Shown: positions 39,701 to 53,400 of the stretch, one piece after another | Layout of the letters: the number at the start of each line of letters is the position of its first letter | Position numbering within the stretch: position 1 is the stretch's first letter | Source: the human T2T-CHM13v2.0 reference genome, Homo sapiens | NCBI RefSeq assembly: GCF_009914755.1 | Contig: NC_060948.1 | Strand: one strand, 5' to 3' | DNA length: 64,000 nt | The notes under the pieces: model-generated | Database searches by the model: none | Seen by the model: the letters and a program-made list of their open reading frames with translations, nothing else | What the model was told of the DNA's origin: nothing | Translations under genes and position numbers: made by a program

Positions 39701-42700
39701 ATAGAAAGGATTCGAATGGAATGAAAAAGAATTGAATGGAATAGAACAGAATGGAATCAAATCGCATGAAATGGAATGGAATAGAAAGGAATGGAATGAA
39801 ATGGAATGGAAAGGATTCGCATGGAATGCATTCGAATGGAATGGAATCGAACGGAATGGAATAAAATGGAAGAAAACTGGCAAGAAATGGAATCGAAATG
39901 AATGGAGTGTTATGGAACGGACTCAAAAGGAATTGAATGTAATAGAATGGAGTGGACTGGACTCGAATATAATGGACTGGAATGGGATGAAATCACATGG
40001 AATGGGAACGAATGGAATGGAATGGAAAGGAATGGAATCGAATGGAAAGGAATCGAACGGAAGGGAATGAAATTGAATCAACAGGAATGGAAGGGAATAG
40101 AATAGACGGTAATGGAATGGACTCGAATAGAATGGACACGAATGCTCAAATTGAATGGACTCGAATGGAATGGAAACGAAAGGAATGTCATCGAATGGAA
40201 TTGAATCGATTGGAATGAAATCGCATAGAATGGAGTGGAATCAAATGGAATTGAATCGAAAGGAAAGGAAGCGAATGGACTGAAATGAAATGGAATGGAA
40301 TTGAATGGAAAGTAATGCAATGGAATAGAATGGAACGAAATTTCACGGAATGGAATCAAACTGAATGGAATCAAATCAATGGAATATAATCAAATGGAAT
40401 GGAAAGGAATTGAATGGAGTAGATTGGATTGGATGGGATTGGAATGAAATTTACTGGAAAGGACTCGAATTTCATGAAACGGAATGGAATGAATTGGAAC
40501 GGAATGGACTCGAATGGAATGGAATGTCATGGAATGGCATCAAATGGAATGGCATCAAATGGAATGGAATCGAATATAATGTAATGCTATGGAATGGAAT
40601 GGAATGCATTTTAATGGAATGTCCTCTAATGGAATGGATTCGAGTGGAATGGAATCGAATATAATGGAGTCGAATGAAATGGAATTGAAAGGAATGGGAT
40701 CGAATAGAATGGAATATACTGGAATGTAATGTAATGAACTCGAATGTAATTGACTGGAATGGAATGTACATGAATGGAATGTAATCGAATGGAAAGTAAT
40801 CCAATGGAATAGAATCTAATGCAATAAAATCGACTCAGATAGAGTAGAATGTAATGGAATGGAGTGCAGTGCAATGGAATGGAATGGAATGGAATGCAAT
40901 GGAATGGAATGGAATGGAATGGAATGGAATGGAATGGGATGGAATGGGATGGAATGGTATGGAATGGATAGTAATGGACTGGAGTGAAATGGACTGGAAA
41001 GGAATGGACTCAAATTGAAAGGGCTCGAAAGGAATGGAGACAAATGGAATGGTCTGGAATGGAATGAACACGAATGTAATGCAATCCAATAGAATGGAGT
41101 CGAATGGCATGGAATATAAAGAAATGGAATCGAAGAGAATGGAAACAAATGGAATGGAATTGAATGGAATGGAATTGAATGGAATGGGAACGAATGGAGT
41201 GAAATTGTATGCAGTAGAAGAGAATAGAATGGAATGCAAGCGAAAGGAAAGGAATGGATTGGAATGGAATGGAATTCATTGGAATGGAAGGGAATGTAGT
41301 GTAATGGACAGGCCTGGAATAAAGTGGAATGCTACGGTCTCGAATGGAATAAAAATGTATGGAATGGAATGCAATGAAACGGAATCGAATGTCATAGAAT
41401 GTAATGGAATGCAAAAAAATGGAATCCAAAATCATTGACTGGAAAGGCTGGGTGTCGAAAGGAATTGACTCCAATGGAATGGAATCGAATGGAATGGAAG
41501 TGAATAGAATCGAACTAAATCGAATGGAATGGAATTGATAGGAACGGAATGGAAAGGAATGCAATGATTTGGCATGGAATGGAATCGAATGGCATCGAAT
41601 GGAATGGAATGGAATGCAATGGAATGGAATGTATTAGAATGTAATGAACTTTAATGGAATGTACTCGAATGGATTCGACTGGAATGGAATGTTCTGGAAG
41701 TGAATGGACTCCAATGGAATGGATTCAAAAGGAATGGAATCGTACGGAATGGAATCTAATGGAATGGAATTAAATGGAAATGAATCAAATTGAATAGCAC
41801 GGAATTGAATTGAATGGAATCGAATGCAATGGAATCTAATGAAACGGAAAGGAAAGGAATGGAATGGAATGGAATGGGCTGGAATGGAAAGGAATCGAAA
41901 CGAATGGAATGGAATCGAACTGAAGAGACTGGAATGGAATGCACTGGAATGGAAGGGAGTGTAATGGAAGGTTCTCGAAAAAAATGGAATCGAATGGAAT
42001 GGAATTGAATGGAACGGAATAGAGTCGAATGGAATTGAATGGAATGGAATGGACTAGAGTGAAATGGAATCGAACCACAAGGAATGGACAGGAATAGAAT
42101 GGTCTCGAATTGAATGGAATCGTATGGAATGGCATCAAACGGAATGGAATGGACAGCCACGGAATGGAATGCACTCGAATGCAATGGAGTCGAAACTAAT
42201 GGACTGGAATAGAATGGACTCGACTGGTACGGACTCCAATGGAATGGAATCGAATGGAAGGGAATCGATCGGAATGGACTCGAAGGGAAAAGACTGCAAT
42301 GGAAAGGTCTCGAATGGAATGGAAATTAATGGAATGGAATGGAATCGAATGAAATGGAGTCAAAAGGAATGGAATCGAATGGCAAGAAATCAAATGTAAT
42401 GGAATCGCAAGGAATTGATGTGAACGGAACAGAATGGAATGGAATCCAAAGGAATGGAATAGAATGGAATGGAATCGAATGGAAAGGACTCGAATGGAAA
42501 TCACTCGAATAGAATGCAATTTAATAAAATAGGATCAAATGTAATGGAATGGAATGGAAAGCAATCGAAACGAAAGGAATGGAGACAGATGGAATGGAAT
42601 GGAACAGAGAGCAATGGTATAGAATGGAATGGAATCATCTGGAATGGAATTGAATGGAATGAAATAATATGAAATGGAATGGAATGGAATGGAATGGAAT

Positions 42701-45700
42701 GGAATGCCCTTGAATTAAATGGACTGGACTCGAACAGAGTGGAATGGAAAGTGTTGAGATAGAATGGAATGGACTCCTTCGGAATGGTGTAGTATGCAAT
42801 GCAATCGACTGGCAGGGAATCAAAAGGAATATAATCGAATGGATTGGACTGGAATGCAATGGACTCGAATAGATTGGAAACGGAATGCAAAGGAATGGAA
42901 TGGAATAGTATGGAATGGAATGGAAAGGAATGGAGTGGAATAGACTAGAGTGGAATGGAATGGACTGGAAAGCAATGGACTGGAATGGAACTTTCTTGAA
43001 TGGACTGGAATCAAACGGAATGGAATGCAATGCAATCAAATGGCATGGAATAAAATAGAATGAAAGAGAATCAAATTTAATTGAATCGAATGGAATCGAA
43101 TGGATTGGAAAGGAATAGAATGGAATGGAATGGAATTGACTCAAATGGAATGGACTAGAAGGGAATGGATTCGAATGGAAGGCAAAGGAATGGAATCTAT
43201 TGGAATGGACTGTAATGGAATGGAATGGAAGGGATTGGAATGGACTCGAATGGAATGGACTGCAATAGAAAGGATTCGAATGGAATGAAAAAGAATTGAA
43301 TGGAATAGAACAGAATGGAATCAAATCGAATGAAATGGAATGGAATAGAAAGGAATGGAATGAAATGGAATGGAAAGGATTCGAATGGAATGCAATCGAA
43401 TGGAATGGAATCGAACGGAATGGAATAAAATGGAAGAAAACTGGCAAGAAATGGAATCGAAATGAATGGAGTGTTATGGAAGGGACTCAAAAGGAATTGA
43501 ATGTAATAGAATGGAGTGGAGTGGACTCGAATATAATGGACTGGAATGGAATGAAATCACATGGAATGGGAACGAATGGAATGGAATGGAAAGGAATGGA
43601 ATCGAATGGAAAGGAATCGAATGGAAGGGAATGAAATTGAATCAACAGGAATGGAAGGGAATAGAATAGACGGTAATGGAATGGACTCGAATAGAATGGA
43701 CACGAATGCTCAAATTGAATGGACTCGAATGGAATGGAAACGAAAGGAATGTCATCGAATGGAATTGAATCGATTGGAATGAAATCTCATAGAATGGAGA
43801 GGAATCAAATGGAATTGAATCGAAAGGAAAGGAAGCGAATGGACTGAAATGAAATGGAATGGAATTGAATGGAAAGTAATGCAATGGAATAGAATGGAAC
43901 GAAATTTCACGGAATGGAATCAAACTGAATGGAATCAAATCAATGGAATCAAATCAAATGGAATGGAAAGGAATTGAATGGAGTAGATTGGATTGGATGG
44001 GATTGGAATGAAATGTACTGGAAAGGACTCGAATTTCATGAAACGGAATGGAATGAATTGGAACGGAATGGACTCGAATGGAATGGAATGTCATGGAATG
44101 GCATCAAATGGAATGGCATCAAATGGAATGGAATCGAATGCAATGGAATGCTATGGAATGGAATGGAATGCATTGGAATGGAATGTCCTCTAATGGAATG
44201 GATTCGAGTGGAATGGAATCGAATATAATGGAGTCGAATGAAATGGAATTGAAAGGAATGGGATCGAATACAATGGAATATACTGGAATGTAATGTAATG
44301 AACTCGAATGTAATTGACTGGAATGGAATGTACATGAATGGAATGTAATCGAATGGAAAGTAATCCAATGGAATAGAATCTAATGCAATAAAATCGACTC
44401 AGATAGAGTAGAATGTAATGGAATGGAGTGCAGTGCAATGGAATGGAATGTAATGGAATGCAATGGAATGGAATGGAATGGAATGGAATGGAATGGGATG
44501 GAATGGTGTGGAATGGATAGTAATGGACTGGAGTGAAATGGAATGGAAAGGAATGGACTCAAATTGAAAGGGCTTGAAAGGAATGGAGTCAAATGGAATG
44601 GTCTGGAATGGAATGAACACGAATGTAATGCAATCCAATAGAATGCAATCGAATGGCATGGAATATAAAGAAATGGAATCGAAGAGAATGGAAACAAATG
44701 GAATGGAATTGAATGGAATGGAATTGAATGGAATGGGAAGGAATGGAGTGAAATTGTATGCAGTAGAAGAGAATAGAATGGAATGCAAGCGAAAGGAAAG
44801 GAATGGATTGGAATGGAATGGAATTCATTGGAATGGAAGGGAATGTAGTGTAATGGACAGGCCTGGAATAAAGTGGAATGCTACGGTCTCGAATGGAATA
44901 AAAATGTATGGAATGGAATGCAATGAAACGGAATCGAATGTCATAGAATGTAATGGAATGCAAAAAAATGGAATCCAAAATCATTGACTGGAAAGGCTGG
45001 GTGTCGAAAGGAATTGACTCCAATGGAATGGAATCGAATGGAATGGAAGTGAATAGAATCGAACTAAATCGAATGGAATGGAATTGATAGGAACGGAATG
45101 GAAAGGAATGCAATGATTTGGCATGGAATGGAATCGAATGGCATCGAATGGAATGGAATGGAATGCAATGGAATGGAATGTATTAGAATGTAATGAACTT
45201 TAATGGAATGTACTCGAATGGATTCGACTGGAATGGAATGTTCTGGAAGTGAATGGACTCCAATGGAATGGATTCAAAAGGAATGGAATCGTACGGAATG
45301 GAATCTAATGGAATGGAATTAAATGGAAATGAATCAAATTGAATAGCACGGAATTGACTTGAATGGAATGGAATGCAATGGAATCTAATGAAACGGAAAG
45401 GAAAGGAATGGAATGGAATGGAATGGGCTGGAATGGAAAGGAATCGAAACGAATGGAATGGAATCCAACTGAAGAGACTGGAATGGAATGCACTGGAATG
45501 GAAGGGAGTGTAATGGAAGGTTCTCGAAAAAAATGGAATCGAATGGAATGGAATTGAATGGAACGGAATAGAGTCGAATGGAATTCAATGGAATGGAATG
45601 GACTAGAGTGAAATGGAATCGAACCACAAGGAATGGACAGGAATAGAATGGTCTCGAATTGAATGGAATCGTATGGAATGGCATCAAACGGAATGGAATG

Positions 45701-48700
45701 GACAGCCACGGAATGGAATGCACTCGAATGCAATGGAGTCGAAACTAATGGACTGGAATAGAATGGACTCGACTGGTACGGACTCCAATGGAATGGAATC
45801 GAATGGAAGGGAATCGAACGGAATGGACTCGAAGGGAAAAGACTGCAATGGAAAGGTCTCGAATGGAATGGAAATTAATGGAATGGAATGGAATCGAATG
45901 AAATGGAGTCAAAAGGAATGGAATCGAATGGCAAGAAATCGAATGTAATGGAATCGCAAGGAATTGATGTGAACGGAACGGAATGGAATGGAATCCAAAG
46001 GAATGGAATAGAATGGAATGGAATCGAATGGAAAGGACTCGAATGGAAATCACTCGAATAGAATGCAATTTAATAAAATAGGATCAAATGTAATGGAATG
46101 GAATGGAAAGGAATCGAAACGAAAGGAATGGAGACAGATGGAATGGAATGGAACAGAGAGCAATGGTATAGAATGGAATGGAATCATCTGGAATGGAATT
46201 GAATGGAATGGAATAATATGAAATGGAATGGAATGGAATGGAATGGAATGGAATGCCCTTGAATTAAATGGACTGGAATGGAATGGACTCGAACAGAGTG
46301 CAATGGAAAGTGTTGAGATAGACTGGAATGGACTCCTTCGGAATGGTCTAGTATGCAATGCAATCGACTGGCAGGGAATCAAAAGGAATGTAATGGAATG
46401 GATTGGACTGGAATGCAATGGACTCGAATAGATTGGAAACGGAATGCAAAGGAATGGAATGGAATAGTATGGAATGGAATGGAAAGGAATGGAGTGGAAT
46501 AGACTAGAGTGGAATGGAATGGACTGGAAAGCAATGGACTGGAATGGAACTTTCTTGAATGGACTGGAATCAAACGGAATGGAATGCAATGCAATCAAAT
46601 GGCATGGAATAAAATAGAATGAAAGAGAATCAAATGGAATTGAATCGAATGGAATCGAATGGATTGGAAAGGAATAGAATGGAATGGAATGGAATTGACT
46701 CAAATGGAATGGACTAGAATGGAATGGATTCGAATGGAAGGCAAAGGAATGGAATCTATTGGAATGGACTGTAATGGAATGGAATGGAAGGGATTGGAAT
46801 GGACTCGAATGGAATGGACTGCAATAGAAAGGATTCGAATGGAATGAAAAAGAATTGAATGGAATAGAACAGAATGGAATCAAATCGAATGAAATGGAAT
46901 GGAATAGAAAGGAATGGAATGAAATGGAATGGAAAGGATTCGAATGGAATGCAATCGAATGGAATGCAATCGAATGGAATGGAATCGAACGGAATGGAAT
47001 AAAATGGAAGAAAACTGGCAAGAAATGGAATCGAAATGAATGGAGTGTTATGGAACGGACTCAAAAGGAATTGAATGTAATAGAATGGAGTGGAGTGGAC
47101 TCGAATATAATGGACTGGAATGGAATGAAATCACATGGAATGGGAACGAATGGAATGGAATGGAAAGGAATGGAATCGAATGGAAAGGAATCGAATGGAA
47201 GGGAATGAAATTGAATCAACAGGAATGGAAGGGAATAGAATAGACGGTAATGGAATGGACTCGAATAGAATGGACACGAATGCTCAAATTGAATGGACTC
47301 GAATGGAATGGAAACGAAAGGAATGTCATCGAATGGAATTGAATCGATTGGAATGAAATCGCATAGAATGGAGTGGAATCAAATGGAATTGAATCGAAAG
47401 GAAAGGAAGCGAATGGACTGAAATGAAATGGAATGGAATTGAATGGAAAGTAATGCAATGGAATAGAATGGAACGAAATTTCACGGAATGGAATCAAACT
47501 GAATGGAATCAAATCAATGGAATCAAATCAAATGGAATGGAAAGGAATTGAATGGAGTAGATTGGATTGGATGGGATTGGAATGAAATGTACTGGAAAGG
47601 ACTCGAATTTCATGAAACGGAATGGAATGAATTGGAACGGAATGGACTCGAATGGAATGGAATGTCATGGAATGGCATCAAATGGAATGGCATCAAATGG
47701 AATGGAATCGAATGCAATGGAATGCTATGGAATGGAATGGAATGCATTGGAATGGAATGTCCTCTAATGGAATGGATTCGAGTGGAATGGAATCGAATAT
47801 AATGGAGTCGAATGAAATGGAATTGAAAGGAATGGGATCGAATACAATGGAATATACTGGAATGTAATGTAATGAACTCGAATGTAATTGACTGGAATGG
47901 AATGTACATGAATGGAATGTAATCGAATGGAAAGTAATACAATGGAATAGAATCTAATGCAATAAAATCGACTCAGATAGAGTAGAATGTAATGGAATGG
48001 AGTGCAGTGCAATGGAATGGAATGGAATGGAATGGAATGGAATGGAATGGAATGGAATGGAATGGGATGGAATGGTATGGAATGGATAGTAATGGACTGG
48101 ATTGAAATAGACTGGAAAGGTATGGACTCAAATTGAAAGGGCTCGAAAGGAATGGAGTCAAATGGAATGGTCTGGAATGCAATGAACACGAATGTAATGC
48201 AATCCAATAGAATGGAATCGAATGGCATGGAATATAAAGAAATGGAATCGAAGAGAATGGAAACAAATGGAATGGAAGTGAATGGAATGGAATTGAATGG
48301 AGTGGGAACGAATGGAGTGAAATTGTATGCAGTAGAAGAGAATAGAATGGAATGCAAGCGAAAGGAAAGGAATGGATTGGAATGGAATGGAATTCATTGG
48401 AATGGAAGGGAATGTAGTGTAATGGACAGGCCTGGAATAAAGTGGAATGCTACGGTCTCGAATGGAATAAAAATGTATGCAATGCAATGCAATGAAACGG
48501 AATCGAATGTCATACAATGTAATGGAATGCAAAAAAATGGAATCCAAAATCATTGACTGGAAAGGCTGGGTGTCGAAAGGAATTGACTCCAATGGAATGG
48601 AATCGAATGGAATGGAAGTGAATAGAATCGAACTAAATCGAATGGAATGGAATTGATAGGAACGGAATGGAAAGGAATGCAATGATTTGGCATGGAATGG

Positions 48701-50459
48701 AATCGAATGGCATCGAATGGAATGGAATGGAATGCAATGGAATGGAATGTATTAGAATGTAATGAACTTTAATGGAATGTACTCGAATGGATTCGACTGG
48801 AATGGAATGTTCTGGAAGTGAATGGACTCCAATGGAATGGATTCAAAAGGAATGGAATCGTACGGAATGGAATCTAATGGAATGGAATTAAATGGAAATG
48901 AATCAAATGGAATAGCACGGAATTGAATTGAATGGAATGGAATGCAATGGAATCTAATGAAACGGAAAGGAAAGGAATGGAATGGAATGGAATGGGCTGG
49001 AATGGAAAGGAATCGAAACGAATGGAATGGAATCGAACTGAAGAGACTGGAATGGAATGCACTGGAATGGAAGGGAGTGTAATGGAAGGTTCTCGAAAAA
49101 AATGGAATCGAATGGAATGGAATTGAGTGGAACGGAATAGAGTCGAATGGAATTGAATGGAAAGGAATGGACTAGAGTGAAATGGAATCGAACCACAAGG
49201 AATGGACAGGAATAGAATGGTCTCGAATTGAATGGAATCGTATGGAATGCAATCAAACGGAATGGAATGGACAGCCACGGAATGGAATGCACTCGAATGC
49301 AATGGAGTCGAAACTAATGGACTGGAATAGAATGGACTCGACTGGTACGGACTCCAATGGAATGGAATCGAATGGAAGGGAATCGAACGGAATGGACTCG
49401 AAGGGAAAAGACTGCAATGGAAAGGTCTCGAATGGAATGGAAATTAATGGAATGGAATGGAATCGAATGAAATGGAGTCAAAAGGAATGCAATCGAATGG
49501 CAAGAAATCGAATGTAATGGAATCGCAAGGAATTGATGTGAACGGAACGGAATGGAATGGAATCCAAAGGAATGGAATAGAATGGAATGGAATCGAATGG
49601 AAAGGACTCGAATGGAAATCACTCGAATAGAATGCAATTTAATAAAATAGGATCAAATGTAATGGAATGGAATGGAAAGGAATCGAAACGAAAGGAATGG
49701 AGACAGATGGAATGGAATGGAACAGAGAGCAATGGTATAGAATGGAATGGAATCATCTGGAATGGAATTGAATGGAATGGAATAATATGAAATGGAATGG
49801 AATGGAATGCCCTTGAATTAAATGGACTGGAATGCAATGAACTCGAACAGAGTGGAATGGAAAGTGTTGAGATAGAATGGAATGGACTCCTTCGGAATGG
49901 TCTAGTATGCAATGCAATCGACTGGCAGGGAATCAAAAGGAATGTAATGGAATGGATTGGACTGGAATGCAATGGACTCGAATAGATTGGAAACGGAATG
50001 CAAAGGAATGGAATGGAATAGTATGGAATGGAATGGAAAGGAATGGAGTGGAATAGACTAGAGTGGAATGGAATGGACTGGAAAGCAATGGACTGGAATG
50101 GAACTTTCTTGAATGGACTGGAATCAAACGGAATGGAATGCAATGCAATCAAATGGCATGGAATAAAATAGAATGAAAGAGAATCAAATGGAATTGAATC
50201 GAATGGAATCGAATGGATTGGAAAGGAATAGAATGGAATGGAATGGAATTGACTCAAATGGAATGGACTAGAATGGAATGGATTCGAATGGAAGGCAAAG
50301 GAATGGAATCTATTGGAATGGACTGTAATGGAATGGAATGGAAGGGATTGGAATGGACTCGAATGGAATGTACTGCAATAAAAAGGATTCGAATGGAATG
50401 AAAAAGAATTGAATGGAATAGAACAGAATGGAATCAAATCGAATGAAATGGAATGGAGT

Positions 50460-53400
50460 AGAAAGGAATGGAATGAAATGGAATGGAAAGGATTCGAATG
50501 GAATGCAATCGAATGGAATGCAATCGAATGGAATGGAATCGAACGGAATGGAATAAAATGGAAGAAAACTGGCAAGAAATGGAATCGAAATGAATGGAGT
50601 GTTATGGAACGGACTCAAAAGGAATTGAATGTAATAGAATGGAGTGGAGTGGACTCGAATATAATGGACTGGAATGGAATGAAATCACATGGAATGGGAA
50701 CGAATGGAATGGAATGGAAAGGAATGGAATCGAATGGAAAGGAATCGAATGGAAGGGAATGAAATTGAATCAACAGGAATGGAAGGGAATAGAATAGACG
50801 GTAATGGAATGGACTCGAATAGAATGGACACGAATGCTCAAATTGAATGGACTCGAATGGAATGGAAACGAAAGGAATGTCATCGAATGGAATTGAATCG
50901 ATTGGAATGAAATCGCATAGAATGGAGTGGAATCAAATGGAATTGAATCGAAAGGAAAGGAAGCGAATGGACTGAAATGAAATGGAATGGAATTGAATGG
51001 AAAGTAATGCAATGGAATAGAATGGAACGAAATTTCACGGAATGGAATCAAACTGAATGGAATCAAATCAATGGAATCAAATCAAATGGAATGGAAAGGA
51101 ATTGAATGGAGTAGATTGGATTGGATGGGATTGGAATGAAATGTACTGGAAAGGACTCGAATTTCATGAAACGGAATGGAATGAATTGGAACGGAATGGA
51201 CTCGAATGGAATGGAATGTCATGGAATGGCATCAAATGGAATGGCATCAAATGGAATGGAATCGAATGCAATGGAATGCTATGGAATGGAATGGAATGCA
51301 TTGGAATGGAATGTCCTCTAATGGAATGGATTCGAGTGGAATGGAATCGAATAAAATGGAGTCGAATGAAATGGAATTGAAAGGAATGGGATCGAATACA
51401 ACGGAATATACTGGAATGTAATGTAATGAACTCGAATGTAATTGACTGGAATGGAATGTACATGAATGGAATGTAATCGAATGGAAAGTAATCCAATGGA
51501 ATAGAATCTAATGCAATAAAATCGACTCAGATAGAGTAGAATGTAATGGAATGGAGTGCAGTGCAATGGAATGGAATGGAATGGAATGCAATGGAATGGA
51601 ATGGAATGCAATGGAATGGAATGGAATGGAATGGAATGGAATGGAATGGAATGGGATGGAATGGTTTGGAATGGATAGTAATGGACTGGAGTGAAATTTA
51701 CCGGAAAGGAATGGACTCAAATTGAAAGGGCTCGAAAGGAATGGAGTCAAATGGAATGGTCTGGAATGGAATGAACACGAATGTAATGCAATCCAATAGA
51801 ATGGAAACGAATGGCATGGAATATAAAGAAATGGAATCGAAGAGAATGGAAACAAATGGAATGGAATTGAATGGAATGGAATTGAATGGAATGGGAACGA
51901 ATGGAGTGAAATTGTATGCAGTAGAAGGGAATAGAATGGAATGCAAGCGAAAGGAAAGGAATGGATTGGAATGGAATGGAATTCATTGGAATGGAAGGGA
52001 ATGTAGTGTAATGGACAGGCCTGGAATAAAGTGGAATGCTACGGTCTCGAATGGAATAAAAATGTATGGAATGGAATGCAATGAAACGGAATTGAATGTC
52101 ATAGAATGTAATGGAATGCAAAAAAATGGAATCCAAAATCATTGACTGGAAAGGCTGGGTGTCGAAAGGAATTGACTCCAATGGAATGGAATCGAATGGA
52201 ATGGAAGTGAATAGAATCGAACTAAATCGAATGGAATGGAATTGATAGGAGCGGAATGGAAAGGAATGCAATGATTTGGCATGGAATGGAATCGAATGGC
52301 ATCGAATGGAATGGAATGGAATGCAATGGAATGGAATGTATTAGAATGTAATGAACTTTAATGGAATGTACTCGAATGGATTCGACTGGAATGGAATGTT
52401 CTGGAAGTGAATGGACTCCAATGGAATGGATTCAAAAGGAATGGAATCGTACGGAATGGAAACTAATGGAATGGAATTAAATGGAAATGAATCAAATTGA
52501 ATAGCACGGAATTGAATTCAATGGAATCGAATGCAATGGAATCTAATGAAACGGAAAGGAAAGGAATGGAATGGAATGGAATGGGCTGGAATGGAAAGGA
52601 ATCGAAACGAATGGAATGGAATCGAACTGAAGAGACTGGAATGGAATGCACTGGAATGGAAGGGAGTGTAATGGAAGGTTCTCGAAAAAAATGGAATCGA
52701 ATGGAATGCAATTGAATGGAACGGAATAGAGTCGAATGGAATTGAATGGAATGGAATGGACTAGAGTGAAATGGAATCGAACCACAAGGAATGGACAGGA
52801 ATAGAATGGTCTCGAATTGAATGGAATCGTATGGAATGGCATCAAACGGAATGGAATGGACAGCCACGGAATGGAATGCACTCGAATGCAATGGAGTCGA
52901 AACTAATGGACTGGAATAGAATGGACTCGACTGGTACGGACTCCAATCGAATGGAATCGAATGGAAGGGAATCGATCGGAATGGACTCGAATGGAAAAGA
53001 CTGCAATGGAAAGGTCTCGAATGGAATGGAAATTAATGGAATGGAATGGAATCGAATGAAATGGAGTCAAAAGGAATGCAATCGAATGGCAAGAAATCGA
53101 ATGTAATGGAATCGCAAGGAATTGATGTGAACGGAACGGAATGGAATGGAATCCAAAGGAATGGAATAGAATGGAACGGAATCGAATGGAAAGGACTCGA
53201 ATGGAAATCACTCGAATAGAATGCAATTTAATAAAATAGGATCAAATGTAATGGAATGGAATGGAAAGGAATCGAAACGAAAGGAATGGAGACAGATGGA
53301 ATGGAATGGAACAGAGAGCAATGGTATAGAATGGAATGGAATCATCTGGAATGGAATTGAATGGAATGGAATAATATGAAATGGAATGGAATGGAATGCC

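Noticed and set aside
46050-47021. Long minus-strand ORFs (up to 323 aa; also 35427-36344, 38942-39883, 49619-50575 and others) rich in FHSIP
   Set aside because: (TTCCA)n translates as Phe-His-Ser-Ile-Pro and is naturally stop-poor. ORF ends and frames vary with pentamer indels between units, many lack a true ATG, and no domain is recognisable.
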